A stretch of DNA of 63,886 bases from a virus (taxonomy: Duplodnaviria; Caudoviricetes): positions 1-63,886 of IMG/VR virus record IMGVR_UViG_3300050120_000442; one strand, given 5' to 3'. Within the stretch, counting starts at the first letter, position 1, and the number at the start of each line of letters is the position of its first letter. Below, one piece after another: positions 31,368 through 40,300 of the stretch. The position numbers were made by a program, and so were the translations under genes. Under the pieces are notes generated by a model. It worked only from the letters and a program-made list of their open reading frames with translations, made no database searches and was not told the DNA's origin.

Positions 31368-31693
31368 CCCAGGATACCGCCGACCAGGCCCTTCAGGTTG
31401 CCCAGAGCGCCATCACCCGGATCGACAATCACGAAGAGATTTGCGCGATCCAACTCGCCGCCATCCTCGCCAAGATCGGCGAGCTAAAGAAGGTGATGGC
31501 CTGGAGCGCCGGGATCGTGGCGTCGGTTGTGCTGACCTCGCTCGGCTGGACCGTCGTCTACATCGTGACGTCCAAGGATAACCACGATCACCAGCTCGAA
31601 GCGCAGATCGCCGTGCTGCAGGGCCGCCCGCCCGTCTTCATCGCCCAGGGCAACGGCGACACCACAACCGTCACCCCCCTCAAGCCCCGCTAA
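31364..31693 (+). CDS. Putative holin-like membrane protein
   Basis: RID.HE..CA N-terminus, one TM helix, lysis cassette position. Confidence 0.5.
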   Translation: MTQDTADQALQVAQSAITRIDNHEEICAIQLAAILAKIGELKKVMAWSAGIVASVVLTSLGWTVVYIVTSKDNHDHQLEAQIAVLQGRPPVFIAQGNGDTTTVTPLKPR

Positions 31694-31706
31694 ACCTGGA
31701 GACTCC

Positions 31707-33023
31707 ATGGCCGCAGCGCCCTTTGCCGTAGATCCCGACTGGGCACAGTACGGCACCCCGCGCCAGGTCGAAATCCTTGCGGCGGTGATCCTGCACGGCA
31801 GCAACAAGAAGGCGGCCGACGCGCTCGGGATGGCGCGGCAAAATGTCGATAGGGTCGTCCACAAACTCAGAGCCCGTGCCCTACTGGCCATGCGTCAGGC
31901 GGCGGTCGTGCCCAAGGGAACGGCCGGCTTCGTGGCTCTCGGACTGACCACGGCCTACGACGCCGCTGGCGCGGTCAAGAGCGAGTTTCTCCGCGAAGGC
32001 CCGGCACCGGTGTTCGAGCCAGGCGGGGAGGGGGAAGGCCCGGCGCGCGACGGCACGGACGGTTACTTCATAAAGGGCGTATCCACCTACTACCGCGGTG
32101 ACGGGAGCCAAGGTGGTCAGTGGGTCAAGACGAAGGCCGACGAGGAACAACGCCTCCAGGCGATCATGGCGGCCATTGCGTCGGCCTCCGCGAAGCTCCC
32201 CCGCCTGGTACCGTTACGCGGGCCTTTGCGGACCCTGCGCTCGCTGCTGAACCTCTACGTCTTCACCGACTACCATCTGGGTATGCGGGCTTGGAGCGAA
32301 GAGGGCGGCGCCGACTGGAACATGCAGATCGCCGAAGATCTGATCGTCCGCTGCTTCCAGCAGATGGTCGCGGATGCGCCGGCCGCCAGGGTCGGCTTCA
32401 TCGCCCAGCTCGGCGACTTCCTGCACTTCGATAGCCTGCTTCCGATGACGCCCACCAGCGGCCACGTGGTCGATGCGGCGGCCCACTACGAGCAGATCAT
32501 AGATGCGGCCCTGCGGATCATGCGCCGGCTGATCGACTTCGCCCTGCAGCATCATGAGGAAGTCGTCGTGCTGGCGGCCGAGGGAAACCACGACATCACT
32601 GGCTCGATGTGGCTGCGCGTGGCCATCAAGGCACTATACGAGAACGAGCCCAGGATCACGGTGGTTCGGGCCGCCGCGCCATTCTATGCCTACGAGCATG
32701 GCAAGACGATGCTTTCGTTCCACCATGGTCACCTAGTCAAGAAGGAATCCCTGCCTCTGACCTTCGCCGCAGCCTATGCGCCGATGTGGGGGCGCACGAC
32801 CAAGCGATACGCTCACTGCGGACACTACCACCATGAGGTCACGACCAAGGAAGAGTCCGGGATGCGGGTCCATCAGCATCCGACGCTGGCGCCGAATGAT
32901 AGCCACTCAGCCCGGCACGGGTATTTCTCCCAGCGCCAGACCTCAGTGACGACATACGATGAACGATTTGGGGAAGTTGGTAAGGCCACCCTCACGCCCG
33001 AGATGCTCGCCGACGCTATCTAA
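31707..33023 (+). CDS. HTH plus calcineurin-like metallophosphoesterase
   Basis: DYHLG, GDFLH, GNHD, HHGH, GHYHH motifs; N-terminal HTH (KKAADALGM). Confidence 0.8.
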   Translation: MAAAPFAVDPDWAQYGTPRQVEILAAVILHGSNKKAADALGMARQNVDRVVHKLRARALLAMRQAAVVPKGTAGFVALGLTTAYDAAGAVKSEFLREGPAPVFEPGGEGEGPARDGTDGYFIKGVSTYYRGDGSQGGQWVKTKADEEQRLQAIMAAIASASAKLPRLVPLRGPLRTLRSLLNLYVFTDYHLGMRAWSEEGGADWNMQIAEDLIVRCFQQMVADAPAARVGFIAQLGDFLHFDSLLPMTPTSGHVVDAAAHYEQIIDAALRIMRRLIDFALQHHEEVVVLAAEGNHDITGSMWLRVAIKALYENEPRITVVRAAAPFYAYEHGKTMLSFHHGHLVKKESLPLTFAAAYAPMWGRTTKRYAHCGHYHHEVTTKEESGMRVHQHPTLAPNDSHSARHGYFSQRQTSVTTYDERFGEVGKATLTPEMLADAI

Positions 33024-33238
33024 GCCAGGATCTCAGTGGCCAAACGGCTGAAGAAGCCCACCTCCACACCGCCGTAGCGACCGGCCTCGATCAAGGGCCT
33101 CATGATCTGTCCGAGCAGAGACGCCCCGGCTCCATTCCGCATAGCGAAGATGAGGCGTTCAGCCTCCGCATGACCCTGCTCGTTTTCGAGTTGGTACTGC
33201 GACTTCATTTCAGAAACAAATTCGTTTTTAGCAAGCAT
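33020..33238 (-). CDS. Hypothetical protein
   Basis: 72-aa ORF behind an AT-rich promoter-like gap. Confidence 0.5.
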   Translation of the reverse strand: MLAKNEFVSEMKSQYQLENEQGHAEAERLIFAMRNGAGASLLGQIMRPLIEAGRYGGVEVGFFSRLATEILA

Positions 33239-33364
33239 AACGATACTATTGCCCCCCTACAGGATTTAAGCGGAAAGACGAAAGTCTATAATCCGTAATA
33301 TAAAACATAATAACCGCAGCCATAATGAACACATAAGTTAATCATGTGTCAACCAGTGGTTGAG

Positions 33365-34645
33365 TTATCCTACTAAGTCCTTTTCATGGCTAGTGCCGAG
33401 CAATGTATTTATTTCATTATCGAAATAGAACGGCGCATCTGGTAACAGGAACCGGCGACGAATATCAGCCGAGAAACCATCATTGGCCTCGATCAGTACA
33501 CAGTCGAAACCCTCGGCCTTGGCCGCTGCTCCCGTCGTGCCGCTACCGGCAAAAGGGTCCAGGACCAGGCCGCCGGCCGGCGTCACCAAGCGGCAGAGCC
33601 AGCGCATCAGAGCGATCGGCTTAACGGTGGGGTGTTCGCTACCCGCCCGGTCGGCTTTGCCCGCCTTGGGATGGTAGTGAAGCGGATCTGCGGCAAGTTC
33701 TGCGACCCACTCATCTGAACCTACTGTGAACGCATTGTAGAAACGCGCGGTGTCGCCTGCGAACATTGCCGCCACTTCAGGCGATCCGTCGTGCAAGATA
33801 TTGGCCGGCCAGCGGCCTTTCGGCTGGACGAAGTCTCCACCCCCGTTGCGGAAGCCTGCACCCTTGCCACCCGCCCGATCTTCCGACTGCCACCCAGCCC
33901 CGCGCTCACGGCGCTCACCCGAGTAGGCGCCCCCGTTCAGGTTGTCCTCGGTGGGTGCCCGGCATGCGTCGATGTTGATGGCGCCGACGCCATGCATCAG
34001 GAAGTTCGCGGGGCCGTTCTTCTCGCTGAACGCCTTCTGGCCGACGTAGATGGGTTCCAGGGCGGGCTTGGTCGCCTGCGCCCCGTAATACCAACCGTCC
34101 CAGGCCTCGGCCTCGGGTGACACGGGAATGTATTCTCCGATCACCTTGGCCGGGACCACGCCCAGGTGTTTGTCGATCGCCATGGCCGCGTTGTGGGCCT
34201 TGGGCATTCCCGAGCCGTAGGCCCAGCCGAAGAACGGATGCATGATGAAGCCGGCCAGCTCCATGGCGCAGGCCTGCCAATGGCCGGTGCGCGGGCTGCT
34301 GAACGCCAGGACGTAGCCGCCGGGCTTGAGCACCTGGTAGATCAGATGCCAGAACTCCGGGTCGCGCTCGATGCCCGTGGCGTCCCAGGTGTTGCCCATG
34401 AACCCCCTGGACGCTCGGGCGAAGGCGCCGTCAGTCCCGTGCTTGGCCGGCGCGGCGTCCGCCTTCCCGAACCGCTTCGTGATCGAGGTCAGGCCATAGG
34501 GTGGGTCTGTGCAAACCGAGTCGACGAAGACACCATTCGCGATCATCCATCGCAGGACTTCGCGGTTATCGCCTTGGTGGAACTGAAGCTGGGTCACTGG
34601 GTCAGCTCCATTCCAAAGGTTAACGTGCTTTGGTGCGTCGAACAA
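33365..34645 (-). CDS. DNA N6-adenine/N4-cytosine methyltransferase (beta class)
   Basis: TDPPY precedes HPTVKP and LDPFAGSGTT; start uncertain (possibly GTG near 34597). Confidence 0.9.
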   Translation of the reverse strand: MFDAPKHVNLWNGADPVTQLQFHQGDNREVLRWMIANGVFVDSVCTDPPYGLTSITKRFGKADAAPAKHGTDGAFARASRGFMGNTWDATGIERDPEFWHLIYQVLKPGGYVLAFSSPRTGHWQACAMELAGFIMHPFFGWAYGSGMPKAHNAAMAIDKHLGVVPAKVIGEYIPVSPEAEAWDGWYYGAQATKPALEPIYVGQKAFSEKNGPANFLMHGVGAINIDACRAPTEDNLNGGAYSGERRERGAGWQSEDRAGGKGAGFRNGGGDFVQPKGRWPANILHDGSPEVAAMFAGDTARFYNAFTVGSDEWVAELAADPLHYHPKAGKADRAGSEHPTVKPIALMRWLCRLVTPAGGLVLDPFAGSGTTGAAAKAEGFDCVLIEANDGFSADIRRRFLLPDAPFYFDNEINTLLGTSHEKDLVG

Positions 34646-34661
34646 GAACGAAAGGAGAACA

Positions 34662-34898
34662 TCAGCCGATCAGATCATCATCTTCGTCGGCACCGGTGAA
34701 CGGCATCACCGGCTGCAGGCTCATGTCGTAGCGCGTGGCCTTCGCCCGCCGGACGATAGACTCGAGCTTGGCGACGAAGGCAGGGATCGCGTTAATCCCC
34801 ATCACGTGCCCTGGGTGACCCTGGACGACGTGGCGCAGCCGCATGGTGATCGACTGGTCGCCGACTTCGATATCCAGGTTGCCGCAGTTTATGGTCAT
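34662..34898 (-). CDS. Hypothetical protein
   Basis: Overlap-coupled; ends DEDDDLIG. Confidence 0.6.
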   Translation of the reverse strand: MTINCGNLDIEVGDQSITMRLRHVVQGHPGHVMGINAIPAFVAKLESIVRRAKATRYDMSLQPVMPFTGADEDDDLIG

Positions 34899-35242
34899 CC
34901 GATCAGGTCGTCCTCAGGCGATGCCGGGGAGGGCTCCACGTGGGCCGGATCGACGTCGTCGTCACCCAGAGCCGGGGCGCGGGTCGTCTTGCCATCACTG
35001 GCCTTCTGGAGGGCGTGCAGGACAGCATCCGGCGCAGAGGGGCCATAGGCAAACTCGAAGAACTCGCTGTGGTCGCGCTTGCGGAGCGAGCATTGCCACT
35101 GGCCATCCGACCGGTGGCAGAGGTTGGACACGCGCAGCCCGCCCTCGCGGACCACCCGGAACAGGCGCTCCAGGGGTGGCGGGATGGCCATGGCCAGCAT
35201 CTGGGCGATCTCACCCTGCCGGGTCGCGGTATAGGCGCTCAT
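34895..35242 (-). CDS. Hypothetical protein
   Basis: Overlap-coupled to ctrA; ends PEDDLIG. Confidence 0.6.
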   Translation of the reverse strand: MSAYTATRQGEIAQMLAMAIPPPLERLFRVVREGGLRVSNLCHRSDGQWQCSLRKRDHSEFFEFAYGPSAPDAVLHALQKASDGKTTRAPALGDDDVDPAHVEPSPASPEDDLIG

Positions 35243-35982
35243 GCAGCGTTCTCATGCCAAGCTCGATGTTCGGCTGACCCATCGTTGGCGGCCTCGGGTT
35301 GGACAGGCGCCGGGACCTCGCGCAGGACGTAGCCGCGGCCCCAGACCGTTTCGATACAGTCGCCGGCACCCGCAAGCTTCAGCTTCTTGCGCAGCTTGCA
35401 GATGAACACGTCGATGATCTTGATCTCGGGCTCATCCATGCCGCCGTAGAGGTGGTTGAGGAAGACCTCCTTGGTGAGGACGTTCCCCTTACGGAGCGCC
35501 AGTAGCTCCAGCATCCCGTATTCCTTGCCGGTCAGGTGGATAGGCTTGCCGTTTACCTGGAGGCCCTTGGCACGGGTATCGAGCGACAGGGCGCCAATCT
35601 CCAACAGCGATTGCGCATGACCCTTCGACCGGCGGATGATCGCGTCACCCCTGGCTATCAACTCGTCCAGGGCGAGCGGGATACCCAGATAGTCGTCGGC
35701 GCCGGCCGCGAACATGCGGACTTTTGCGTCGATGTCGGTAGTAGTCGAGATGATCATCACCGGGGACGCGATCTTCGCCGCCCTGATGCGGCGCAGAACA
35801 TCCAAGCCCGTCATATCGGGCAGGTCTAGGTTCAGCACGATCAGGTCGTATTCGTAGATCTTGGCCAAATCGATGGCTTCCGCGCCGAGGTCAGTCGTGA
35901 ACACCGTCTGCCCAGACGCCTTGAGCGCCAGTTCCATGGACCGGGCCAGGTTGTCGTCCATCTCGGCGATCAGGACTCGCAT
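35239..35982 (-). CDS. ctrA: CtrA homologue (OmpR-family regulator) with degenerate receiver domain
   Basis: Diagnostic CtrA strings TTDLG, RRSKGHAQS, HLTGKEY.MLELL.LRKG, FLNHLYGGMDEPE.KIIDVFICKLRKKL, IETVWGRGYVLR. Confidence 0.95.
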   Translation of the reverse strand: MRVLIAEMDDNLARSMELALKASGQTVFTTDLGAEAIDLAKIYEYDLIVLNLDLPDMTGLDVLRRIRAAKIASPVMIISTTTDIDAKVRMFAAGADDYLGIPLALDELIARGDAIIRRSKGHAQSLLEIGALSLDTRAKGLQVNGKPIHLTGKEYGMLELLALRKGNVLTKEVFLNHLYGGMDEPEIKIIDVFICKLRKKLKLAGAGDCIETVWGRGYVLREVPAPVQPEAANDGSAEHRAWHENAA

Positions 35983-36290
35983 CACTTGGCTCCGTCGCAA
36001 AATTGATCAGGGGTGACTGAGGACGAGAGGTCGCCAAGGCCGCCCGACCAGCCTGGAATATCGACCAGGTAAGTCTTGGTGACCGGATCTAGGCCGACGA
36101 CTGTCCCGTTGGCGCATGTTCGGACAGCAGAGGCGCGCGCCCACTTCTCCGCGCGCACCGCAGCCGGATCTGTTGTCGGCGCACAGGCCGCTAGGCTGGC
36201 CAACGCAGTTAGGCCCATCATGAGCGATATCGCGCTGCCCACGGCAAGCAGTAGTCCGACCATGCGCGGCGTGTTGATCGACGACATCAC
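35982..36290 (-). CDS. Putative lipoprotein / membrane protein
   Basis: Hydrophobic N-terminus followed by LAAC. Confidence 0.55.
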   Translation of the reverse strand: MMSSINTPRMVGLLLAVGSAISLMMGLTALASLAACAPTTDPAAVRAEKWARASAVRTCANGTVVGLDPVTKTYLVDIPGWSGGLGDLSSSVTPDQFCDGAK

Positions 36291-36571
36291 AGACCCCCGA
36301 TCGCGGCGAGATAGAGGTCGAGGATGGCCTCTTCCTCCAGTCGCTTCGCCTCGTCCTGCTTGCGCAGGCGCACGACCATACGAAGGATCTTGACGTCGAA
36401 CCCTTCTCCCTTGGCTTCGAGGTAGACTTCCTTGATGTCCGCCATCACGGCAGCCTTGTCCTCATCCAGGCGCTCGACGCGCTCGATGATGGTCTTGAGG
36501 CGCCCCTGGGCAGTGGAGTTCAGGACGTCGATCGAAGCGTCGTCGCCGCTGTTGTGTCCCATGCCAGCCAT
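36287..36571 (-). CDS. gapR: GapR (DUF2312) nucleoid-associated protein
   Basis: DVLNSTAQG.LK.IIERVERL...IKEVY.EAKG.GFDVK...EAILDLYL.AIG closely matches Caulobacter GapR as I recall it. Confidence 0.92.
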   Translation of the reverse strand: MAGMGHNSGDDASIDVLNSTAQGRLKTIIERVERLDEDKAAVMADIKEVYLEAKGEGFDVKILRMVVRLRKQDEAKRLEEEAILDLYLAAIGGL

Positions 36572-36930
36572 CAGGCGGCGACCTTCTGCACTCGACCAAC
36601 CCTGGGCTTCGGCGCCTTGTAGGGCTCGGCGAGAGCGGCGCGCAGCGCGACCCCGAACCGCTGGCTCGACGAAAGGTACTTCGCCGGCAGCTCCGACACC
36701 TGGCAGTGCCGCACCGCCTCGATCGTCAGCCTGCGCGACATCCGCTTGCGTTCGCCGCGGGTCATCCGAACGCTCTCGACCGATCCGTCCGGCTGGAGGA
36801 TATCGACGTCCTTCACATTCTTCGACGGACGGCGAACGCCGCCACGCGGGGCGTGCCCGGCCTTGTAGTCGCGACCCATGGCCTGGGCCTGAGCCCACGG
36901 AACGAAGAGAGTTTGAGCTGCGTTAAACAT
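36571..36930 (-). CDS. Basic hypothetical protein, first gene of the gapR-ctrA operon
   Basis: GGAG SD; TGATG coupling to gapR; ends KVAA. Confidence 0.6.
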   Translation of the reverse strand: MFNAAQTLFVPWAQAQAMGRDYKAGHAPRGGVRRPSKNVKDVDILQPDGSVESVRMTRGERKRMSRRLTIEAVRHCQVSELPAKYLSSSQRFGVALRAALAEPYKAPKPRVGRVQKVAA

Positions 36931-36989
36931 TTCGATCTCCGGTTTATTGGTCAACTTTAGGTTGATAATTATGGAAGCGCAAGGCCTCA

Positions 36990-37208
36990 TTAACGACGAA
37001 ATGCAGGTCGGTTCGTAAGGTCGGCCCAGTCCTGCATACGGACCTCGGAGTCGCCGCGCTTGCGGGCCTGCTCGGCAGCCCAGACGGCGTGCTCAGGCGT
37101 TCCAGGTTCGACAACCCTCGACACCGGCACAGGGCGTTTGCAAAGCGCGCACGCGCAGCCTAGGCCTGGGATGTAGACGTGGTCGAGCAGGTTTTCGTCG
37201 TCAGTCAT
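36990..37208 (-). CDS. Hypothetical protein
   Basis: Overlap-coupled ORF; CxCxxC. Confidence 0.5.
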   Translation of the reverse strand: MTDDENLLDHVYIPGLGCACALCKRPVPVSRVVEPGTPEHAVWAAEQARKRGDSEVRMQDWADLTNRPAFRR

Positions 37209-37507
37209 GCTGCCAGTTTCTCCTTGGCACGGCGGCCCTTACGGGTGTCCCAGGTTTCCAGGAATCGATGGGGATTGCCGGGGCGAGCGATAGCCGGTTT
37301 TGCCCGATGGCCTTCACGAAGGGCGTAGACAGGTCGGGCGAACTTTCCCCGGCCTGGCGACTTGTCGATCCGCTCGATCGCGTATTTCAGGCAACCGATG
37401 ACCCGGCCGCGTGCCGCTTTAGGGATGAAGGCATACAACTCGGCCAGGGTGGCAGGGCCGAGGGCTAGCCGCGCCAGGATCAGCGGCGGGTAGATGGATT
37501 TGCTCAT
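37205..37507 (-). CDS. Basic hypothetical protein (possible wHTH)
   Basis: Overlap-coupled; GP.T..EL pattern; ends KLAA. Confidence 0.5.
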   Translation of the reverse strand: MSKSIYPPLILARLALGPATLAELYAFIPKAARGRVIGCLKYAIERIDKSPGRGKFARPVYALREGHRAKPAIARPGNPHRFLETWDTRKGRRAKEKLAA

Positions 37508-37743
37508 GCTGAGATCATGTAGCCGCGGCGGTCGGATTTCTCCGCCGTACGCAGCTCCATCTTCACAATGCCGGCGCCAACGAAGCGCGCGAGCTGCTGG
37601 CCTCGGTCGTTGGTGGTCAGCAGCCGGCAGGCCTTGCGTTCGGCCTTCAGGCGCCCACGGGCGAGGAAGACGACGAAGGTCATCGCCCGGCCGTCATAGA
37701 TGCCGACCAGTTTCCAACGCGTTCTTTCATCTGTTCCGCTCAT
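37504..37743 (-). CDS. Hypothetical protein
   Basis: Overlap-coupled ORF. Confidence 0.5.
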   Translation of the reverse strand: MSGTDERTRWKLVGIYDGRAMTFVVFLARGRLKAERKACRLLTTNDRGQQLARFVGAGIVKMELRTAEKSDRRGYMISA

Positions 37744-37747
37744 GGAG

Positions 37748-37990
37748 TCAGATGCCTTTCATGCCAGTGAGGTTGATGGTTAAGGTGCGCTTCGTGGTGC
37801 CTTCGCTTTTTCCTTCAACAGGGGTGGCGTTGAGGAGGGCGTTGAGGAGGGCGTTGAGGAGGGCGTTGATCGTGCCGCGTGTTTCAGGGCCGGCGGTGTA
37901 AAAGAACGCGGGCCAGAACGTCCCAAGATGCTCGATCAGCAAGAGTTCGTTCTCGTCGCTAAGCCCCTCAGGGGAGGTGTTGGAGGTCAT
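37748..37990 (-). CDS. Hypothetical protein containing NALL tandem repeat
   Basis: ATGA overlap with the upstream gene. Confidence 0.45.
   Translation of the reverse strand: MTSNTSPEGLSDENELLLIEHLGTFWPAFFYTAGPETRGTINALLNALLNALLNATPVEGKSEGTTKRTLTINLTGMKGI
37826..37869. repeat. 12-bp tandem repeat (GGCGTTGAGGAG) x3.7
   Basis: Three exact units plus GGCGTTGA. Confidence 0.95.
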
Positions 37991-38400
37991 GGGGTGGGGT
38001 CCTTGATTTGGCCAGCGGCCCATTCGCGCATCCGTTGCCAGCGCGTCTCGGGCGTGTCGTCGTGCCAGCCGCCTTCGTCGTTCAGGTATTCGATCTCCTG
38101 AACGAGCGGCGCAGCGATACCGAAGGCGCGAGCGACTTGATCGGGGTCTTCCACGTCGATGCCATCCATCTCGACGCCCCGCTTCATGCCGACGCTGCCG
38201 ATGGCGCAGACCGAACCCTCTTTGTAGAGGTCGTGCGCGATCAGTCGCTTTTCGGGTAGAGCATCTAGGGCCTCGACCAACTCTTTCAGGAAGGCTTGCC
38301 CCCGCTTTCCCCGGATTGTGCTGGCGACAATTCCGCGCCACCGACCAAGTGCCAGAGCGTCGTCAATGCCATAGTCCTCGGAATATCCTGAGCGGCTCAT
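37987..38400 (-). CDS. Conserved-looking phage hypothetical protein
   Basis: MSRSGY..D, GKRGQAFL.EL..ALDA.PEKRLI, ETRW.RMR.W. Confidence 0.7.
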   Translation of the reverse strand: MSRSGYSEDYGIDDALALGRWRGIVASTIRGKRGQAFLKELVEALDALPEKRLIAHDLYKEGSVCAIGSVGMKRGVEMDGIDVEDPDQVARAFGIAAPLVQEIEYLNDEGGWHDDTPETRWQRMREWAAGQIKDPTP

Positions 38401-39566
38401 TTGTCTTCTCCTATCTGGGAGTCTGAAATCATGGCGCGGTACATCCGCATGAACCGGCCATCGCCTAGCCAGACGCCGTGGTCCTTGCAGTAGTCCGTTG
38501 CCGCTACGATCATCGCCTCAGTCGGCTCTTTCGGAACCAGCACCATCCCCTTAGGCACGCTACTAGCTGGGAAGAGGGCGAGAGCCGCCGCCAGCATCTT
38601 GCGGCTGCGGTCTGCGGTTTCGCGCATGTGCGATATGGTGGCGGGGCCGTCCCGGCTATGGGGCTCTAGACCCGCCTTGAACAGGGCTGGGGCAGCTACA
38701 CGACAGGCCGCCAAAACCATTTCATCAGTCACCTCCTCCCGTGTTGGCCGTTGGGTGGGTTGGGGTGTTGGGGCGGCCCACGATGCCAGTTCTGCGAGCC
38801 AATCAATGGGCTCCCCACCCCCTGTATCTGCTAGGGCGTCTAGAGCGGATAGGGCGTAGTCGTCGGCGGCTTCTCCGAACTCCGCGTCCTCAACCCGCAT
38901 CAGGGCAAGCTCAGGCTCGGCCTGGATGGAATTGTGCGTGTCGGTGCAGCCCTTCTCTTGAAGGAGGGCGTTTCGGACGGCCATGATTTCTGCCCAACCG
39001 TCGCCGTCGTTCAGGGCGTGAAGATTGCCGTGGTGGTAGGCGTCCTCGGCGAGCGTCAGCAGCGGACGGATCGCTTCCTCCAGCCCCGCTATCCTTTCAC
39101 GGGCCTTGGAGAGTTCGGCTTGCAACTCTTCGACGGTTTCTAGCGCGGCCTTTAGCTCGCCCTCTCGATTTCCGGCGTCGTGCTCCTGGTCTTCGGTCAG
39201 AATGGTCAGCCGCTCGTTCTCTTTCTTCAGCTTGGAGAGTTGGGCTTTCATAGCCGTCCATCCGGACAACTCGTCCCGCCAACCCGGGATAAACATGTCC
39301 AACGCGCCCGTGCCGAAGCCTCCGCGACAGTTACGGCCTTCTAGATCGATCAGGGCAGGTTGAGCGCTCCACTTCTTGCAGTAGCCCTCGTAAGCTCGCA
39401 GGTGCATGTGCCAGGGGATGCCTTCTGGCCAACCTTGCACCGGGGCGCGTTTCTCGACCGCCCGTTCCAATTCGTTCTGTTCACTCTCGGAGGGCATTAG
39501 GTCCGCCTGCTGTTGTGAGTTATTGTATTCGCTTGCGTTTGGGCTGGTAGACGTCGAGTTGTCCAT
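38397..39566 (-). CDS. Mosaic hypothetical protein (Ead/Ea22-like style)
   Basis: Coiled coil plus VTDEMV and G.VLVPKEPTEAM modules; start uncertain. Confidence 0.55.
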   Translation of the reverse strand: MDNSTSTSPNASEYNNSQQQADLMPSESEQNELERAVEKRAPVQGWPEGIPWHMHLRAYEGYCKKWSAQPALIDLEGRNCRGGFGTGALDMFIPGWRDELSGWTAMKAQLSKLKKENERLTILTEDQEHDAGNREGELKAALETVEELQAELSKARERIAGLEEAIRPLLTLAEDAYHHGNLHALNDGDGWAEIMAVRNALLQEKGCTDTHNSIQAEPELALMRVEDAEFGEAADDYALSALDALADTGGGEPIDWLAELASWAAPTPQPTQRPTREEVTDEMVLAACRVAAPALFKAGLEPHSRDGPATISHMRETADRSRKMLAAALALFPASSVPKGMVLVPKEPTEAMIVAATDYCKDHGVWLGDGRFMRMYRAMISDSQIGEDK

Positions 39567-39843
39567 TGAGACGGCGGCCTTTCTTTTGTGCGGCACGGAT
39601 CACGATCTCCCGATCACGTATGATCCCAGCGGCGCGTTTGAAGTTGTTGGCGGCGAACAGATCGTTGTCGCCTTCGGTCCAAACGATTGTTTGCTTGATG
39701 TGGGTCAGGCGAACCGTGCCGCCGGACCCGCGGACTGCTACGAGCTGCGCCGCATCCTCGGGATACTTGCACCACCCCAGGTACTCGTCGTCTGGGCTGA
39801 ACACCTTGTATTTCGGAGACATATCGTAGGTGCTGTTGCCCAT
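39520..39843 (-). CDS. Hypothetical protein
   Basis: GAAGGA SD. Confidence 0.55.
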   Translation of the reverse strand: MGNSTYDMSPKYKVFSPDDEYLGWCKYPEDAAQLVAVRGSGGTVRLTHIKQTIVWTEGDNDLFAANNFKRAAGIIRDREIVIRAAQKKGRRLNGQLDVYQPKRKRIQ

Positions 39844-39868
39844 CGTATCGTCCTTCTTCGTGCCGGGA

Positions 39869-40300
39869 TTATTTGCCCGCGCACCACCGCAATATCTGGC
39901 TGTCCGGCCCTGGTCGCGCCCACATCACGCCATCGGCTAGGTCAGGGTAAACCGGGGTTATCGGGATACAGGGGATGTTCTCATTGTGATAGTATAGAGC
40001 GTCGCAGTCCGGGGGCTCTTGGCCTGCGACGACAATGGAGAGCCGCCGACGCGTAATCTCATGATACGGGTCCTTCCAGTAGACTAGGCAGCTAGCCTTG
40101 GATGTGATCGGTCGCACGACAAGCCGGCGGGGCAGCACTCGCGCCAGGTACGGCGGCATCACCAGCGGACGCGGGGCAATCTTGATGGGCCTGGTGACCG
40201 CGACCTCGACGCCAGACAGGTCCGCGACCTGAGCGAAGGTCGAGGAAGCGGCGCAGAGCATGGCGCAGGCCATCAGAGAGATCGCGATGAGCGGTTTCAT
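39869..40300 (-). CDS. Hypothetical exported protein
   Basis: Signal-peptide-like N-terminus; GAGGA SD. Confidence 0.45.
   Translation of the reverse strand: MKPLIAISLMACAMLCAASSTFAQVADLSGVEVAVTRPIKIAPRPLVMPPYLARVLPRRLVVRPITSKASCLVYWKDPYHEITRRRLSIVVAGQEPPDCDALYYHNENIPCIPITPVYPDLADGVMWARPGPDSQILRWCAGK

Noticed and set aside
33365-34645. Calling the MTase CcrM or part of a restriction-modification system
   Set aside because: It has beta-class motif order, but I see no CcrM-specific C-terminal domain and no adjacent endonuclease. Specificity cannot be read from sequence.
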